Source: Planctomycetota bacterium
Lineage (GTDB): Bacteria; Planctomycetota; SZUA-567; H5-PLA8
Direction of reading: 5' to 3'
NCBI GenBank assembly: GCA_038227875.1
Contig: JBBRPR010000025.1
Location: 44,462 to 108,461, forward strand
DNA: 64,000 bases
Shown here: piece by piece, positions 61,055-64,000 of the stretch
How the letters are laid out: the number at the start of each line of letters is the position of its first letter
How positions within the stretch are numbered: position 1 is the stretch's first letter
Made by a program: the position numbers and the translations under genes
The notes under the pieces: generated by a model
What the model saw: the letters and a program-made list of their open reading frames with translations, nothing else
Database searches by the model: none
Told to the model about the DNA's origin: nothing

Positions 61055-63322
61055 TTAGAAGTCCGGCGCCTGCTTTGGGGCTTCGGTGACGGCGGCGTCG
61101 GCGTTGAAGCCTTCTTTCAACGTCTTGCCGAGGGATTCGCGGCGGATGTCGGCGACGGTGCCGTTCTGCAGCAGGACGGTGATCGGGCCGGGGAGCTTCT
61201 CGGAGGAATGGGCGACGACTTTGTTCTCCTTGTCCTGTTTGCCCAGGTATTCGACAAAATTCAATTCGGTCGTCAGCTGCGGGAGGTACTTGGGCTGCAG
61301 GTCTTTCACGGCGTGGGGGAACGCGCCGTTGTTGTCTTTGGCGTAGGCTTGCAGACCCTGATTGAGGGCGTCGAGGACCGAGCGCTTGCGCTGCTGCATC
61401 GCGCCGCCGCCCGCGCCGCCCACTCCACCACCGGCGTTCTGGCGGTTCTTAATCGCGGCGGAGACGGTGACGGCGAAGAGACCGACCACGCCAGTGGGCG
61501 AATAGCCGGACGCGGTCACGCCGTCGGAATCGGAGTTCAGCGAGAAGACCGTGCCGGTCAGGTTCTGCGCGAGCAGATCGGCGCTGGGCAGGACGCTGAC
61601 GTCCAACTGCGGCGGACGGGGTTCGAGTTGCGCGATGGGGATCAAGATGTCGTACGCGGCGGTCGCGATCGCACCGGTGTCGGCGTAGAAGAGGAACTGC
61701 GGCGTGCCGCTGATCGAGGACATCGCGTTCTTGAAGTCATCGTCTTCGGAGAGGCTGCCGGCGCTGCGGGCCTTGTCTGACGGACTGCCAGCACCCTGTC
61801 GGCGCGCGAGTTCATCGCGCAGGGCCAGCGGGTAGAGCGAGACCAGCAGGTCGCTCTTGTCGATGGCGTAAGCGATCTGGCGGGGCTTGTGGCCCTGCGG
61901 GAACTTTTCGCGGACGGTGACGATGCTGTTATTGTTCGCGGCGGTTTCGGAATATTCGAACTTTTCGCCCAGCGCGTTGCGCACGGAGGCAAGCACGGTC
62001 TTCAGCGCGTTGGTGTCCTTGACCTGGATCGTGAGCAGCGCCTGCGGCATGGCGACGGGGAGCTTGGCGTTCTTGGCGACCATCGCGACGGAGAACGTGG
62101 CCTGGCCGGTGAGCGCGCCGAAGATCTCTTTCTTCACGTCGACTTTCAATTGCTGGCCGGCGAGCGTCAGCGCCTGGTCGAGTTCCTGGCGTGCGTTGGG
62201 ATTGTCGATGGATGCCAGTTCGGCGAGCTTGTCGCTGAACTTATCCGGCGCGAAATCGAGCGCGACGGCGAGCACCGAGTTGCGCGGCGCCTGGGCCAGC
62301 ACGGTCGGGTTGAGCGGCGCGGCACCGTCAAAGAGGGCGAGCATGCCCTTGCGCGCGGCGGCCGGCGTGTCGACGTAGAGTACTTCGCGCAGGCTCTGGC
62401 CTTTGACGCTCAGGGCGTAGGACATGGCATGCACGGCGTCGAGGCCCACGAGATCCCAATCGGCCTGCACGCGGTCGTTGTGCGGTTTGAAATTGAGGAT
62501 CTTGTTGTCGCGGAGCAGATCCCAGTTGGCGAAGGCGATCAGATCGGCGTCGGAGGACTTCCTGGTCGTCGCGAGGAAGGCGGGCGTCTGCGCGAGCGTT
62601 TCAGGCTTGCCGTTGGCGGCGGCGGGGAGCGGGCCGGCCTTCAGTTTTTCGTGCAGCGTGAGGATCTTTTCGATGTAGCCTTCGCCCAGCGTGACGATGA
62701 TCTGGCCATCGCAGACGGTGTAGCTGATGCTGAAGGGCACGGCGACGTGGCCGACGCGGTGGACGGTGTAGTTGCCGACGGGCGTCTGGGTCAGGTCGAG
62801 CTGGTTGCCGGCGTTGGCGTTGAGCTGGTCGATGCGCTTGCTGATTTCATCGAGGACGGCCTGCGTTTTTTCCTTGGCCTGAAGGCTGATGAGCAGATCG
62901 GGAACCGGCTCATCCTTTTCGTTGCGGTGATCGCAGGCGAGCATCGCGAACGTGACTTCGCCCTGGTTGATCCAGGAGAGGATTTCAGGAATCTTGATGC
63001 CGGCCTGGAGTTCGGCGGCGGCCATGCCCATCTGCGCGGCCATCAGCGGCGTGCGGAAGGCTTTCTGGACATCGGGATTGGAGTAGAGCTGCCAGAGTCC
63101 CGTCTGCTTGAATTTGTCGGTCATCTTTTTGGAATCGGGAGACGTGACGACGAAGAGCGTCTCCGGCGGGAGGAGCGGCGCGACGGACCAGTCGGCGGCT
63201 TTTTCTTCGGGCTTCGGCGCGTCTTCGGCGCGAAGCGACTGCCACGGCGAGGCGAAGGCCGTGAGGCTCAGCAGCACCAGAAGTGCGACGATAGGCCGGC
63301 TCTTTTTAGCGGCTGTTTGCAT
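61055..63322 (-). CDS. Large secreted hypothetical protein (DUF3352-like)
   Basis: AAGGAG RBS; signal peptide; PLLPPETLFVV...QTGLW N-terminus; SEDDDFKNAM and FYADTG; C-terminal ALNQGLQAYAKDNNGAFP segment. Confidence 0.65.
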   Translation of the reverse strand: MQTAAKKSRPIVALLVLLSLTAFASPWQSLRAEDAPKPEEKAADWSVAPLLPPETLFVVTSPDSKKMTDKFKQTGLWQLYSNPDVQKAFRTPLMAAQMGMAAAELQAGIKIPEILSWINQGEVTFAMLACDHRNEKDEPVPDLLISLQAKEKTQAVLDEISKRIDQLNANAGNQLDLTQTPVGNYTVHRVGHVAVPFSISYTVCDGQIIVTLGEGYIEKILTLHEKLKAGPLPAAANGKPETLAQTPAFLATTRKSSDADLIAFANWDLLRDNKILNFKPHNDRVQADWDLVGLDAVHAMSYALSVKGQSLREVLYVDTPAAARKGMLALFDGAAPLNPTVLAQAPRNSVLAVALDFAPDKFSDKLAELASIDNPNARQELDQALTLAGQQLKVDVKKEIFGALTGQATFSVAMVAKNAKLPVAMPQALLTIQVKDTNALKTVLASVRNALGEKFEYSETAANNNSIVTVREKFPQGHKPRQIAYAIDKSDLLVSLYPLALRDELARRQGAGSPSDKARSAGSLSEDDDFKNAMSSISGTPQFLFYADTGAIATAAYDILIPIAQLEPRPPQLDVSVLPSADLLAQNLTGTVFSLNSDSDGVTASGYSPTGVVGLFAVTVSAAIKNRQNAGGGVGGAGGGAMQQRKRSVLDALNQGLQAYAKDNNGAFPHAVKDLQPKYLPQLTTELNFVEYLGKQDKENKVVAHSSEKLPGPITVLLQNGTVADIRRESLGKTLKEGFNADAAVTEAPKQAPDF

Positions 63323-63534
63323 TGGGGTCTCCTTGTAGATCATTTCCGCATCTCCATGCAGTGTAGGGCCTTGTGTTGGAATCTCCGGCGAAAACTGTGG
63401 GAAATCCCGTCCTTCGTACTGCTTTCTGGCTCGATATGAGAAGTATGGCATTTGGCGTGCCGAAAGAGCGTTCGCGCTTAATTTGGTCGGTTGGGAGTTA
63501 GGTTGTTTCGAATATCTCCAAGCTCATGCAATCT

Positions 63535-63720
63535 CTACTCGTACGGGCGACTGAACATTTCCTTGTTATCTAACCAATCCTGGAACCATGTGGACAGAGC
63601 CTCGCGCTCGGGAAATAAGCCAGCCGCAATAAAGGGCTCATCTTTTAAATATTCCATGGTTGAGTCTGCCGGCATGTTTGGCTCGAACCTAAGAACTGGC
63701 GCGGTCGGTGATGGCTGTGA
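63535..63720 (-). pseudogene. Possible C-terminal remnant of an SMI1/KNR4-like gene
   Basis: Manual translation SQPSPTAPVLRFEPNMPADSTMEYLKDEPFIAAGLFPEREALSTWFQDWLDNKEMFSRPYE*, preceded by an in-frame stop. Confidence 0.3.
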
Positions 63721-64000
63721 TTATGGCTGAATAATCCATCATCTAGTGCCACACTCCTTCATGTTTCGAGGACAAATGCCCGAAGCCAGGTTCTTTGTCC
63801 CGAAGGGACCTCGGAGCTTAGCCGGGGGGCCGGCCTGAAGGGCCGAGCCCCCGGACAGATGGAAGCGTCCCACTGATTGTTGAAAATTGAAGAGCGTCCC
63901 GTGCCGATGAAGAAAGGTATGGGAGCGATGAAAATGGAAAGTGACGAGATAGTGGAAGAGGTTGGCAGGATGGGGCCGCAGGCAGCGGGAGACACGTTTC

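Noticed and set aside
1..64000. tRNA, rRNA, IS/transposase, prophage or anti-phage defence genes
   Set aside because: None recognised in the ORFs or intergenic sequence; tRNAscan/ISEScan/DefenseFinder would be needed to exclude them formally

Overview
GC-rich bacterial DNA with no rRNA, tRNA, CRISPR array or transposase that I could recognise. Several protein types point to a Planctomycetota/PVC-like genome (inference): a methyltransferase-like/PQQ propeller fusion, an RFSLRTLL-type N-terminus and a DUF3352-like protein. Layout: (1) 1-20.5 kb is carbohydrate-oriented, with GntR, AraC and LacI regulators, a PQQ propeller, a beta-helix lipoprotein, a GH9, a TIM-barrel isomerase, two Gfo/Idh/MocA oxidoreductases, a PhyH dioxygenase and an Asp-box/lactonase propeller. 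(2) 20.5-28.5 kb holds a TetR/tautomerase pair, a hybrid kinase and a PhyH enzyme with an HxG motif. (3) 28.4-41.9 kb is a nitrate assimilation cluster: ABC transporter, 4Fe-4S/DmsC membrane fusion, Mo nitrate reductase and nirBD, with a sigma54 promoter, a leader terminator, a NarX-type hybrid sensor and a response regulator with an unrecognised output domain. (4) 42-64 kb is mixed: MATE, amine oxidase, vWA, a glycosyltransferase-TPR-sulfotransferase fusion divergent from a Gly-rich surface protein, a hydrolase, YdjC, a broken WD40 gene, a CBM9-TPR-FMN protein and a DUF3352-like protein. Best candidates for novelty: the GT-TPR-sulfotransferase/surface protein pair, the membrane-anchored assimilatory nitrate reductase and its regulation, a family of ~26-bp variable-arm palindromes, and a possible Fe/2OG halogenase. 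Family calls come from motif recognition by eye, not database searches.
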